This document shows, piece by piece, positions 54,228-63,052 of a DNA stretch of 64,000 nucleotides (positions are counted from its first letter, which is position 1; every line of letters begins with the position of its first letter). The notes under the pieces are model-generated. The model searched no databases, was not told the origin of the DNA, and worked only from the letters and a program-made list of their open reading frames with translations. The position numbers and the translations under genes were made by a program. The stretch is from Candidatus Zixiibacteriota bacterium (GTDB lineage: Bacteria > Zixibacteria > MSB-5A5 > GN15 > FEB-12), in the NCBI GenBank assembly GCA_020348905.1, contig CP070756.1, forward strand, positions 1,554,311 to 1,618,310, given 5' to 3'.

Positions 54228-55928
54228 ATGTCTTCTGAACTTAGTGCGATGCTGGTCAAGGCCGGCAAAATCACGCCGGAGCAAGCTGAAAAAGCTCTGG
54301 CCATGGTCAAAGAGAAGGGCGAGAATTTTGAGCAGGCCTTGATAAAGGTCGGTGCCGCCGACTCAGAAGATGACATTGCCAAGTTTATCGGCAAGCACCT
54401 GAAAATCGGAGCCCTGCGTCTCTCCGACGTCGAACTCAACCCGGACATTGTAAAGCTGATTCCGCTCGATATCGCACGCAAATTCAAAGTCGTCGCGGTA
54501 TCCAAACTCAACAAGACTCTGCTGGTAGCCATCAGTGATCCCAACAATATTTATGTCCTCGATGCCATAAAGTTCATCACGGGATGTACCGTGCAGCCGG
54601 TTATATCTCCCGAGAAGGCAATCGAAAAGGCTATTGAGACCTACTATACCAATGCCGACGGTCTCTCGGAGTTGGTCCGCGGTCTGGAAGAGGATTCGGA
54701 TCTGGAAGTAGTCTCCGACGAGGAAACGCCCAGCGAATCGGACCTCCTCTCGCAGATTCAGGACAAGCCGCTGGTCAAGCTCGTCGATTCTATTATTGCC
54801 GACGCCATTCGTATAGGGGCGTCCGATATTCATTTCGAAATGTATGAAAAACGAATCCGGGTGCGATATCGTGTTGACGGTGACCTGCGAGAGATGGCAC
54901 CGCTGCCGTTTAAGTATCGGGCCGCCATTGTATCGCGTATCAAGATTATGGCCGAACTGGATATTTCCGAGCGTCGTCTGCCGCAGGACGGCCGCATCAA
55001 GATTAAGATTGCCGGGCGAACGGTCGACCTTCGTGTCTCGGTCCTGCCGACCATATTCGGCGAGAAGGTGGTTATGCGTATTCTGGACCCGATGGCTCTG
55101 ATGGTGGACATGACCAAGCTGGGGTTCAGGGAAGATGACCTGAAAAAGTTCAACGAAAAAATCCATCTGCCCTACGGCATTATTCTGGTCACCGGGCCGA
55201 CCGGTTCGGGTAAAACGACCACCCTTTATTCGGCTCTGAAGCAGATCAATACCGTTGATGTCAATATCATGACTGCCGAGGACCCGGTCGAGTTCAACTT
55301 CGACGGCATCAATCAGGTGGCCGTCAAGTCCGACATCGGCATGACCTTCGCCGCCTCACTTCGTTCCTTCCTTCGTCAGGACCCTGACATCATAATGGTT
55401 GGTGAGATTCGTGACGGCGAAACGGCCGAGATCGCCATCCGAGCCGCCCTGACGGGTCACCTGGTGTTTTCGACCCTGCACACCAACGACGCCCCCTCAT
55501 CGATTAACCGGCTTATCGACATGGGTGTACCTCACTACCTGGTTGCTTCGGCTACGAAGATGATTATGGCTCAGCGAATGATGCGCAAGATTTGCCAGAG
55601 CTGCAAAGAAGAGGTCAACCTCACCCAGGAACAGGTTGAAAGCCTTGGTGTTACCAAAGACATACTGCGCAATATCAGGGCTTTTCGGGGAGTGGGCTGC
55701 AGTGACTGCAATGACACCGGCATGTCGGGTCGAACCGGTATCTATGAGGTTATGCCTATAACATCCGAAATGGAGGCACACATTCTTTCCAGGTCGACCG
55801 ATACAGAGATCCGTGAGACGGCCCTGAAACAGGGCATGTACAGCCTTCGGATGGCCGCCGTCGATAAAATGAAGCAGGGCATAGTTTCTATCGATGAGGT
55901 CTTCTCGGTGACCTCTGCCGGCTCCTGA
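54228..55928 (+). CDS. pilB: Type IV pilus assembly ATPase PilB (GspE family)
   Basis: N-terminal T2SSE_N helices, Walker A GPTGSGKTTTLYS, Asp/His boxes and the tetracysteine CQSC...CSDC. Confidence 0.9.
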   Translation: MSSELSAMLVKAGKITPEQAEKALAMVKEKGENFEQALIKVGAADSEDDIAKFIGKHLKIGALRLSDVELNPDIVKLIPLDIARKFKVVAVSKLNKTLLVAISDPNNIYVLDAIKFITGCTVQPVISPEKAIEKAIETYYTNADGLSELVRGLEEDSDLEVVSDEETPSESDLLSQIQDKPLVKLVDSIIADAIRIGASDIHFEMYEKRIRVRYRVDGDLREMAPLPFKYRAAIVSRIKIMAELDISERRLPQDGRIKIKIAGRTVDLRVSVLPTIFGEKVVMRILDPMALMVDMTKLGFREDDLKKFNEKIHLPYGIILVTGPTGSGKTTTLYSALKQINTVDVNIMTAEDPVEFNFDGINQVAVKSDIGMTFAASLRSFLRQDPDIIMVGEIRDGETAEIAIRAALTGHLVFSTLHTNDAPSSINRLIDMGVPHYLVASATKMIMAQRMMRKICQSCKEEVNLTQEQVESLGVTKDILRNIRAFRGVGCSDCNDTGMSGRTGIYEVMPITSEMEAHILSRSTDTEIRETALKQGMYSLRMAAVDKMKQGIVSIDEVFSVTSAGS

Positions 55929-56077
55929 TTTCCCCAAAATAAATTCCTTGTCAGGCAACAGCTTAAGGCCTGATTTTGGCCGATTTTCTTTCAAGATTCG
56001 CGGTTATCTTCCGATAATAATGGAAAACAGCGATTCTGTATAGATTCGAGAACAATATAGCGATCTGGAGATAATCC

Positions 56078-57151
56078 ATGGTATCCCTGCGTGAACTGTT
56101 GGAGCAGATGGTTAAGATGGGTGCCTCCGACTTGCATCTTACGGTGGGTTCTCCACCGGTTGTACGGGTGGATGGCAAGTTGCAGAGGCTGGATCACGAC
56201 ATCCTGACCAGTGAACAGACCAAGAAAATTTCATACTCCATGCTCAACGAGAAGCAGAAGCAGAAATTTGAGCAGAACTCCGAACTTGACTTCTCGTTCG
56301 GAATCGAGCAAATGAGCCGTTTCAGATGCAACATGTTCATGCAGCGCGGAAATGTTGCGGTTGCTCTTCGCCAGATTCCTTACAAGATAATGTCGTTCGA
56401 AGAGCTTGGTCTTCCCAAAGTGGTGGCCGACTTCTCCAAGCTGCCGCGCGGGCTGGTGCTCGTTACCGGTCCGACCGGTTCAGGTAAGTCGACGACACTG
56501 GCGTCGATCATCGATAAAATCAATCGTGAGCGCCCGGTCCATATAATCACCGTCGAAGATCCGATCGAGTACCTGCATCGTCATCAGCAGGCGTTGATTA
56601 ACCAGCGAGAGGTATACTCCGACACGACTTCGTTTGCGGCGGCTCTGAAGTACGCCCTGCGTGAGGATCCGGATGTGGTTCTGATAGGCGAGATGCGTGA
56701 TCTGGAGACAATCGAGGCGGCCCTGTCGATATCGGAAACGGGACACCTGGCTTTTGCCACCCTCCACACCAACTCGGCCTCGGAGTCGATCAACCGTATT
56801 ATTGACGCTTTTCCCACCAATCAGCAGGAGCAGATACGGATTTCGCTGTCGTTCACTCTGCAGGCTATCCTGTCACAGACCCTGATTCCCAAGATAGGCG
56901 GCGGACGGGTGCTGTCGATGGAGATCCTGGTTGTCACGCCCGCCATCAGGGCCCTGATTCGCGACGACAAGGTCCATCAGATCTACTCCATGATTCAATC
57001 GGGACAGAAGTTCGGTATGAAGACGATGAATCAATCGCTGTCTGAATTGTATCAGACGGGAAAGATTACAATAAACGATGCTATGAGCTACAGTCACAAT
57101 CCTCAGGAGTTGAGCGAATCGTTGTCGAAACAGAAAACTGCGGCTTTTTAG
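56078..57151 (+). CDS. pilT: Type IV pilus retraction ATPase PilT
   Basis: GASDLHL, GPTGSGKSTTLAS, the AALREDPDV-like region ALREDPDVVLIGEMRD, and GHLAFATLHTNSA. Confidence 0.95.
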   Translation: MVSLRELLEQMVKMGASDLHLTVGSPPVVRVDGKLQRLDHDILTSEQTKKISYSMLNEKQKQKFEQNSELDFSFGIEQMSRFRCNMFMQRGNVAVALRQIPYKIMSFEELGLPKVVADFSKLPRGLVLVTGPTGSGKSTTLASIIDKINRERPVHIITVEDPIEYLHRHQQALINQREVYSDTTSFAAALKYALREDPDVVLIGEMRDLETIEAALSISETGHLAFATLHTNSASESINRIIDAFPTNQQEQIRISLSFTLQAILSQTLIPKIGGGRVLSMEILVVTPAIRALIRDDKVHQIYSMIQSGQKFGMKTMNQSLSELYQTGKITINDAMSYSHNPQELSESLSKQKTAAF

Positions 57152-57180
57152 CCGAAGCTGTGATAAGAAAGGATTAAGCA

Positions 57181-58380
57181 GTGCCAGTTTTTGAATATAA
57201 AGGTAAGACTCTCGCCGGCGCCGCTGTTAAAGGCGAGCTTAAGGCTAACAGTCGAGCCGACCTGGAGCGTGTCCTCCGGCAAAACCGGATTATGGTGACG
57301 TCAATCACCAAGAAGGCGCCGGAGATACAAATCAAAATCGGCACCGGTGTCAAGCGAATCGAGGTTTCTCGGTTCACCCGGCAGTTCGCCACCATGATCG
57401 GCGCCGGGCTACCGATGGTGCAGTGTCTGGACATTCTCGCCACGCAGATGGAAAATAAGGAGTTGGCCAAGATCGTTCAGCAGGTGAAGGATTCCGTGCA
57501 GGGTGGCGCTACCCTGTCGGAGGCCCTGGCGCGCCATCCCAAAATATTCGACCAGCTGTATACCAACATGGTTGAGGCCGGTGAGGTAGGCGGTGCTCTC
57601 GACGCTATTCTAAACCGACTGGCTCTCTATCGGGAAAAAGCCGACCGGCTGGTCCGCAAGGTTAAAGGCGCCATGGTCTATCCGTCGGTGGTTTGTGTCG
57701 TGGCGATAGCCGTTACAATCGGTATGCTGGCTTTTATCGTGCCGGTGTTCGCCAAGATGTTTGGAGGCCTGGGAGCGGAATTGCCGAAACCGACTCAGGT
57801 CGTACTGGGAATATCAAACTTCCTGAAAAGCAATATCGGGACAATAATATTCGGCACCCTGGGCGGCCTGGGAATTTTCATATGGTGGAAACGGACGCCA
57901 TCGGGTGCGCTGCTCTGGGACAGATTCCTGCTTTCCTCGCCGATACTGGGAAACCTCATAAGAAAATCGTCGATTGCCCGTTTCACGCGTACCCTGGGCA
58001 CGCTGCTGGCATCGGGTGTCTCCATCCTGGAAGCGCTGGAGATAACCGCCAAGACCGCCGGCAACCTGATCGTGGCTAACGCGATTAACAAGTCGGTGCT
58101 TTCGATCGCCGAGGGTGATACCATTACCAGTCCTTTGAAGGAGACCGGTGTATTCCCTCCGATGGTAACCCAGATGATAGCGGTCGGTGAAAAGACCGGC
58201 GGCCTTGACGAGATGCTCAACAAGATCGCCGATTTCTACGATGAGGAGGTCGACGAGGCGGTATCCGCCCTGACATCGGTTATCGAGCCGATCATCATCG
58301 TGGTTATGGGTGTCGTTATCGGTGGCATCCTGATCGCCATGTACCTGCCGATGTTCGACATCATTGGCAAGATTGGATGA
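57181..58380 (+). CDS. pilC: Type IV pilus platform protein PilC (GspF family)
   Basis: Duplicated GspF domains (FTRQFATMIGAGLPMVQCL / FTRTLGTLLASGVSILEAL) and 3 TM segments. GTG start. Confidence 0.9.
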   Translation: MPVFEYKGKTLAGAAVKGELKANSRADLERVLRQNRIMVTSITKKAPEIQIKIGTGVKRIEVSRFTRQFATMIGAGLPMVQCLDILATQMENKELAKIVQQVKDSVQGGATLSEALARHPKIFDQLYTNMVEAGEVGGALDAILNRLALYREKADRLVRKVKGAMVYPSVVCVVAIAVTIGMLAFIVPVFAKMFGGLGAELPKPTQVVLGISNFLKSNIGTIIFGTLGGLGIFIWWKRTPSGALLWDRFLLSSPILGNLIRKSSIARFTRTLGTLLASGVSILEALEITAKTAGNLIVANAINKSVLSIAEGDTITSPLKETGVFPPMVTQMIAVGEKTGGLDEMLNKIADFYDEEVDEAVSALTSVIEPIIIVVMGVVIGGILIAMYLPMFDIIGKIG

Positions 58381-58410
58381 TGGCAGACCAGACGAAGACT
58401 ATCACTTTGT

Positions 58411-58437
58411 ACGGCGCCGGGGGGCGCCGTTACTTTT
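58411..58437 (+). terminator. Hairpin plus T-run between pilC and the kinase gene
   Basis: ACGGCGCC-gggg-GGCGCCGT followed by TACTTTT, directly abutting the ATG at 58438. Confidence 0.45.
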
Positions 58438-60141
58438 ATGTATAGCAGAGAGGTTCTCAACAAGATCGGATGGTTCCTGCCGCTGAGACTGGCACAATAT
58501 ATTGTGCTGTTCGCAGTGGTGGTGTTCTGGATGGGCTACCCGCGGTTCATGCAGCCGCAGTTCGTCTTGTACTCCATCTGTACGCTCGGTTTTGCGGTGC
58601 TGATGGCGGCCGGTCGAAAGCACCGGTTGAAGAACGTCACAGCCACCATAATCGGTCTGCAGTTTCTGTTCGAGATTGTTCTGGAATCAAGCATCATTTA
58701 CTCGACCGGAAATGTCAATTCGCCGTTCTCCGCGCTGTTTATTCTCACTATCGTTTCCGCCGCCCTTACCTATCGCCTTCTGGGCACGCTGGTGACAGCA
58801 TCGCTGGTATCGGTCGCGTATGCCTTCATCATCTGGTTGGGACTGTCAAGGGGTCAGGATTACGAAATATCGATGCGAACCCTCAAAACCATCTTCTCCT
58901 CGGGTGACAGCGCTTTCTACTCGATATTTCTTCATATTCTCATCTTCTACCTGGTGGCGTTTATATCGGGTTACCTGGCCGAACGCCTCAAGGAGCGCGA
59001 TCGCCAGTTGGCTGACACTTCGCTGGCGCTGAAGAAGGCGAAACTTGAAACCGACGACATCCTCAGACATCTTAACTCCGGGCTTCTGACCGTCGACGCC
59101 AAGGGAATCGTCATATTTTTTAATCGGGCCGCCGAAAGGATACTGGGTTACCGCGAAGAAGACGTCAAAGGTATGCACTGTCGGGAAGCGTTCTCGCAAC
59201 GAATGCCCGAGCTGGCCAGCCGCCTGATGGACGGGATAGAACATCGCCTGGAGCACCCACGGGTCGAAATTGAAATCGTCGGGGCCGAAGGCGCCGTTGT
59301 CCCGCTGGGACTGTCGACATCGATTCTGACCGAGGAGGGCCTGGGGATGAGGGGGATTATTGCCATCTTTTCGGATCTCACCGAAGCAAAGCGCCTTGAA
59401 GCGAAAATGAGGACGGCCGACAGGCTGGCCGTGGTTGGCGAACTGTCCGCCTCGATTGCACACGAAATACGCAATCCGCTCGCGGCTATTTCCGGTTCGG
59501 TGGAGGTGCTCAAGAATGACCTGAAAGTCTCCGATGAAAATGAGCGGCTGATGAACCTGATCGTGAAAGAGTCTGACCGGCTAACGAAAATTCTTACCGA
59601 GTTTCTTTTATATGCCAGGATCGACCGTACCGCTTACAACAAGGTTGAACTCTGTCACCTGGTAGGCGAAGTGATTGAAATGCTTTACCATAATCGGTCG
59701 CTTGAATCAAGAGTCGATTTCAGGGTAGAGTCGGATGAGTCCATAATCTACGTGGTAGGCGACGAAGACCTGATCAAGCAACTGCTGCTGAATCTGGCTG
59801 TCAACGCCTGCGAATCATTCGAAGACATGGACGGCCAGGTCACTTTTCGTCTGACTGTCAATCATCCGGAAAACCGGGTGGAGTTGCGTGTTCAGGACAA
59901 CGGGCCCGGTATCCCGGCCGACAACATCAAGAAGATATACCAGCCGTTCTTTTCGACCAAGAAGGAGGGGACGGGCCTGGGGCTTTCCATTGTTCACCGC
60001 ATCTGCTCAGCTCTCAAGCTGAGGATGGAAGTATTGTCTGAAGAAGGTGTTGGCACCACCTTTGTGGTCGAATTTGACACTTTCGTTCAGGAAACGCCGT
60101 CGCCGGTCGAATCAATCCCCCCATCGTGCGGCAGCCACTGA
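58438..60141 (+). CDS. Membrane sensor histidine kinase, PilS-like architecture (multi-TM, PAS, HisKA, HATPase)
   Basis: About 6 N-terminal TM segments, PAS (LLTVDAKGIVIFFNRAAERILGY), H-box SASIAHEIRNPL, and N/G boxes (DNGPGIP, GTGLGLSIV). Confidence 0.8.
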   Translation: MYSREVLNKIGWFLPLRLAQYIVLFAVVVFWMGYPRFMQPQFVLYSICTLGFAVLMAAGRKHRLKNVTATIIGLQFLFEIVLESSIIYSTGNVNSPFSALFILTIVSAALTYRLLGTLVTASLVSVAYAFIIWLGLSRGQDYEISMRTLKTIFSSGDSAFYSIFLHILIFYLVAFISGYLAERLKERDRQLADTSLALKKAKLETDDILRHLNSGLLTVDAKGIVIFFNRAAERILGYREEDVKGMHCREAFSQRMPELASRLMDGIEHRLEHPRVEIEIVGAEGAVVPLGLSTSILTEEGLGMRGIIAIFSDLTEAKRLEAKMRTADRLAVVGELSASIAHEIRNPLAAISGSVEVLKNDLKVSDENERLMNLIVKESDRLTKILTEFLLYARIDRTAYNKVELCHLVGEVIEMLYHNRSLESRVDFRVESDESIIYVVGDEDLIKQLLLNLAVNACESFEDMDGQVTFRLTVNHPENRVELRVQDNGPGIPADNIKKIYQPFFSTKKEGTGLGLSIVHRICSALKLRMEVLSEEGVGTTFVVEFDTFVQETPSPVESIPPSCGSH

Positions 60142-60232
60142 CGCCATCTTTTGTCAAAATAATTTGCACTTGTTTTTTCACCATCAATGTATAACTTAGA
60201 AAACTATTAATAACCAAGAGGGAGACGCCTAA

Positions 60233-62011
60233 GTGATACTACTGCGCTTCGCTGCAATTACGGCTTTTTTTATTGCATATCTGATTGCCTGTGGCCCGGC
60301 CGGAATTACCCCTGAAACCGCCCCGGAATCCACCTCGTCGAAACCTCCGGACCTTGAATATTCTATCGTTGAGGCCGATCAGGGGTACCGTCTTACCATG
60401 TCTCAGCTGGCTTTCAAGCTGAGCGAGAGCGGGCTCTTTAGCGAGGGAGGCGAAATTAGCGCCGACACCATCAGGGTCATTCTTGACAGCGTTGTGTCCG
60501 ATACGCTGGCCGGACTGGCTGCCTGGGAAATCGCTCTCGGTGATTACTACGAGTTTCATCGCCAGTACCGGCAGCGGTACGAAGACGCTCTGTTAGAGAA
60601 CTATTTCGACCAGATGGTTTACAGTCAGATCGAGATGGATTCCCAGAATGTTGTCGATTACTATCAGGATCACCCGGACCTGTTCGGAATGGATGAGCAG
60701 GTCTACATTTATCATATCCAGGTTACCAAGGATCCCATGATAAACGGCCCGGATTCAGTGAGGTACCGGGAACTGCCAGTTGAGGAATTGGAGGCTGCTG
60801 TCGAAAAGCGTGCCCGGGATATTCGAGCTATGATCAACTCCCCTGAATCCTTCAAGACTGTGGCGGCTGAGTACTCCGACGACACCACCCGTGCTGACGA
60901 AGGAGGGCTGATAGGCTGGGCTGAAAGAGGGACCTACCTGAAGCCATTTGATTCAGTGTCCTTCGCGCTGAAGCCGGGGGAGGTATCGCAGCCATATAAG
61001 GATTCTTACGGGTGGCACATTATATTGGTCGAGGACTACAAAGAGGCCGGTATACCGCCCCTCGACTCGGCGCGTTACCAGCGAGCGGCCGCACATTACC
61101 GGGCTCTCCAGGCCAATCGTATTGGCGGCGTTATCATGGATACGCTGCTGGATGAGATCGATGTAGAGTACAATGATTCCATATTGGATTCTAACCTCTA
61201 CTACGTGGATGTTCAGCAGTGGGTCGCTATTGTTAACGGGATGGACACAATTGACTGCAACGATGCTCGTGGCCCGGAACTGGCGGCTCGCAGAAATTAC
61301 CAGGTAGCTAATACCAATGCCGAACAGAAGAAAGAGATGCTTCAGCGGCTGGCACAAAGAATGACTATCATTCAGGCCGCGAGGGCGATTCGGATCGATA
61401 CCCTGGCCGGGGTGGCTGAGTTCGAACGATTTCTGTGGCATAAGTATGCCAAGGCCATCTACCGGAAAGCCAGAGAAGACGTTGACTGGCTACCCGATGA
61501 TAGCAGCGTCCAACGATATTACCAGGAGCATGCCGCCGAGTTCAGACCTCAGAAACCGATGAAGGTGCAGCACATAATAGTGTCGGACTCGCTCTTTGGC
61601 GACTTCCTCAGAGATCAGGCCATGTCGGGCTATGACTTTCTGGATCTGGCCGAGGAGCACTATCCGGGCGATACCCTGGTGCGACGAAAATTGGCTGACC
61701 TGGGCAGGATCAGCCAGCGAGACGTACCGGAAGCCTTCTGGAAAGCGGCCCAGCAAACGGTGCTGGGAGAAGTCTCCCACCCGGTCAAGACCGAGTACGG
61801 GTATCACATCATTAAGGTGCTTGAACGGGAGGAAGTGAAATCCATAGAGCAGGTGCGACCGGGTATAGTCTCGAAGCTTAAGAAAGCGCACCAGTTGGAA
61901 GTATTTCGTGAATATCGCGATAAATTGTATCGGAAGTACCATGTGAAGTTCACCGGTGAGGTGGTTCCCGTTTATTTGCGGCCCCTGACCGAGCGCTTTG
62001 ATACGGAATGA
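60233..62011 (+). CDS. SurA/PpiD-like lipoprotein with two parvulin PPIase domains
   Basis: Lipobox FFIAYLIAC. Parvulin motifs ...GGLIGWAERG...SYGWHIILVED and ...EYGYHIIKVLE. GTG start. Confidence 0.8.
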   Translation: MILLRFAAITAFFIAYLIACGPAGITPETAPESTSSKPPDLEYSIVEADQGYRLTMSQLAFKLSESGLFSEGGEISADTIRVILDSVVSDTLAGLAAWEIALGDYYEFHRQYRQRYEDALLENYFDQMVYSQIEMDSQNVVDYYQDHPDLFGMDEQVYIYHIQVTKDPMINGPDSVRYRELPVEELEAAVEKRARDIRAMINSPESFKTVAAEYSDDTTRADEGGLIGWAERGTYLKPFDSVSFALKPGEVSQPYKDSYGWHIILVEDYKEAGIPPLDSARYQRAAAHYRALQANRIGGVIMDTLLDEIDVEYNDSILDSNLYYVDVQQWVAIVNGMDTIDCNDARGPELAARRNYQVANTNAEQKKEMLQRLAQRMTIIQAARAIRIDTLAGVAEFERFLWHKYAKAIYRKAREDVDWLPDDSSVQRYYQEHAAEFRPQKPMKVQHIIVSDSLFGDFLRDQAMSGYDFLDLAEEHYPGDTLVRRKLADLGRISQRDVPEAFWKAAQQTVLGEVSHPVKTEYGYHIIKVLEREEVKSIEQVRPGIVSKLKKAHQLEVFREYRDKLYRKYHVKFTGEVVPVYLRPLTERFDTE

Positions 62012-62640
62012 CGGTTAATAAAGGCAATTCCGACAATCAGATTAGCTTCCTCCATGAGATCTTTCGCAAGGCCACTCACACGTGTGCCCTTGTAATACCG
62101 GGAGGGTACTATTTCTTGCGGCTATCGCGGGGCGAGATGCTCGCCATCATGATTCCTATCACTATCGCTATGATTCTCATAGACGTATCCCGCCTTCGGC
62201 AGTGGCGTTTCTGGACATCATTCGCCAGGAAGATAGGCGGTGCTATAATCCGCCAACATGAGATTGAAGGTGACTTTACGGGTGCCTCGTATATACTTAT
62301 TTCCGTTTGCTTAACCGTTGCTTTATTCGAAAAACCAATAGCCATAGCGGCACTGGTATTTATAATAGTGGGCGACACTCTCGCGGCGCTGGTCGGACGG
62401 CCATACGGGCGTCACCGGTTCTTCCGCGGCAAGTCTGTAGAAGGCTCTCTGGCCTGTCTGGCGGGAACGTTTCTTGTATCTATGATATTGCCGGGTATAA
62501 GTTTATGGGTGGGTGCGGTCGGCGCCGTGATAGCCACCGTGGTGGAGGCGTTCTCCTTTAACGTTGACGACAATATCTCGGTACCTCTTCTGTCGGGGCT
62601 TTCCATGACTCTCACTGACCGGGTCATCACATTTTTGTAG
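62008..62640 (+). CDS. CTP-dependent polyprenol/diacylglycerol kinase or phosphatidate cytidylyltransferase family membrane protein
   Basis: Polytopic protein. IVGDTLAALVGRPYGRHRF..GKSVEGSLA resembles the CDS/dolichol-kinase family motif. ATGA overlap with the upstream gene. Confidence 0.55.
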   Translation: MTVNKGNSDNQISFLHEIFRKATHTCALVIPGGYYFLRLSRGEMLAIMIPITIAMILIDVSRLRQWRFWTSFARKIGGAIIRQHEIEGDFTGASYILISVCLTVALFEKPIAIAALVFIIVGDTLAALVGRPYGRHRFFRGKSVEGSLACLAGTFLVSMILPGISLWVGAVGAVIATVVEAFSFNVDDNISVPLLSGLSMTLTDRVITFL

Positions 62641-62722
62641 ATTATTGTTGATGCCTGCGCGTATAATATTTATAAGACAGTGTGCGCGGGAATCTAACTT
62701 AATCTCCATTGGAGGAATCTTG

Positions 62723-62929
62723 ATGTCTAAGGGCAAGGTCAAGTACTTCAACGACACAAAAGGCTGGGGCTTTATTGCCAGTGAAGAAACCGATCAGGAT
62801 GTGTATGTCCACTATACTGCGATTAACATGGATGGGTATAAGACGCTCAGGGAAGGTCAGGAAGTTCTATACGAGCTGGCAAATACCGAAAGAGGATATC
62901 AGGCTAAGAATGTGACGCCTGCCGAATGA
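62723..62929 (+). CDS. cspA: Cold-shock protein (CspA family)
   Basis: GKVKYFNDTKGWGFI (RNP1) and DVYVHY (RNP2). 68 aa starting at the ATG after GGAGGA. Confidence 0.9.
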   Translation: MSKGKVKYFNDTKGWGFIASEETDQDVYVHYTAINMDGYKTLREGQEVLYELANTERGYQAKNVTPAE

Positions 62930-62958
62930 GTCGAGAGGCCGCCCTTTTGAAGATTCTG

Positions 62959-62986
62959 AAAAGCCACCTTTAAGGGTGGCTTTTTC
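62959..62986 (+). terminator. Rho-independent terminator after cspA
   Basis: AAAAGCCACC-tttaag-GGTGGCTTTT, a 10-bp stem followed by TC. Confidence 0.75.
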
Positions 62987-63052
62987 TTATACTACTCGAC
63001 CGTACAATCAACAGGGCTTGTTAATCAGCGGTTTTTTCGTATATTGAATCCC

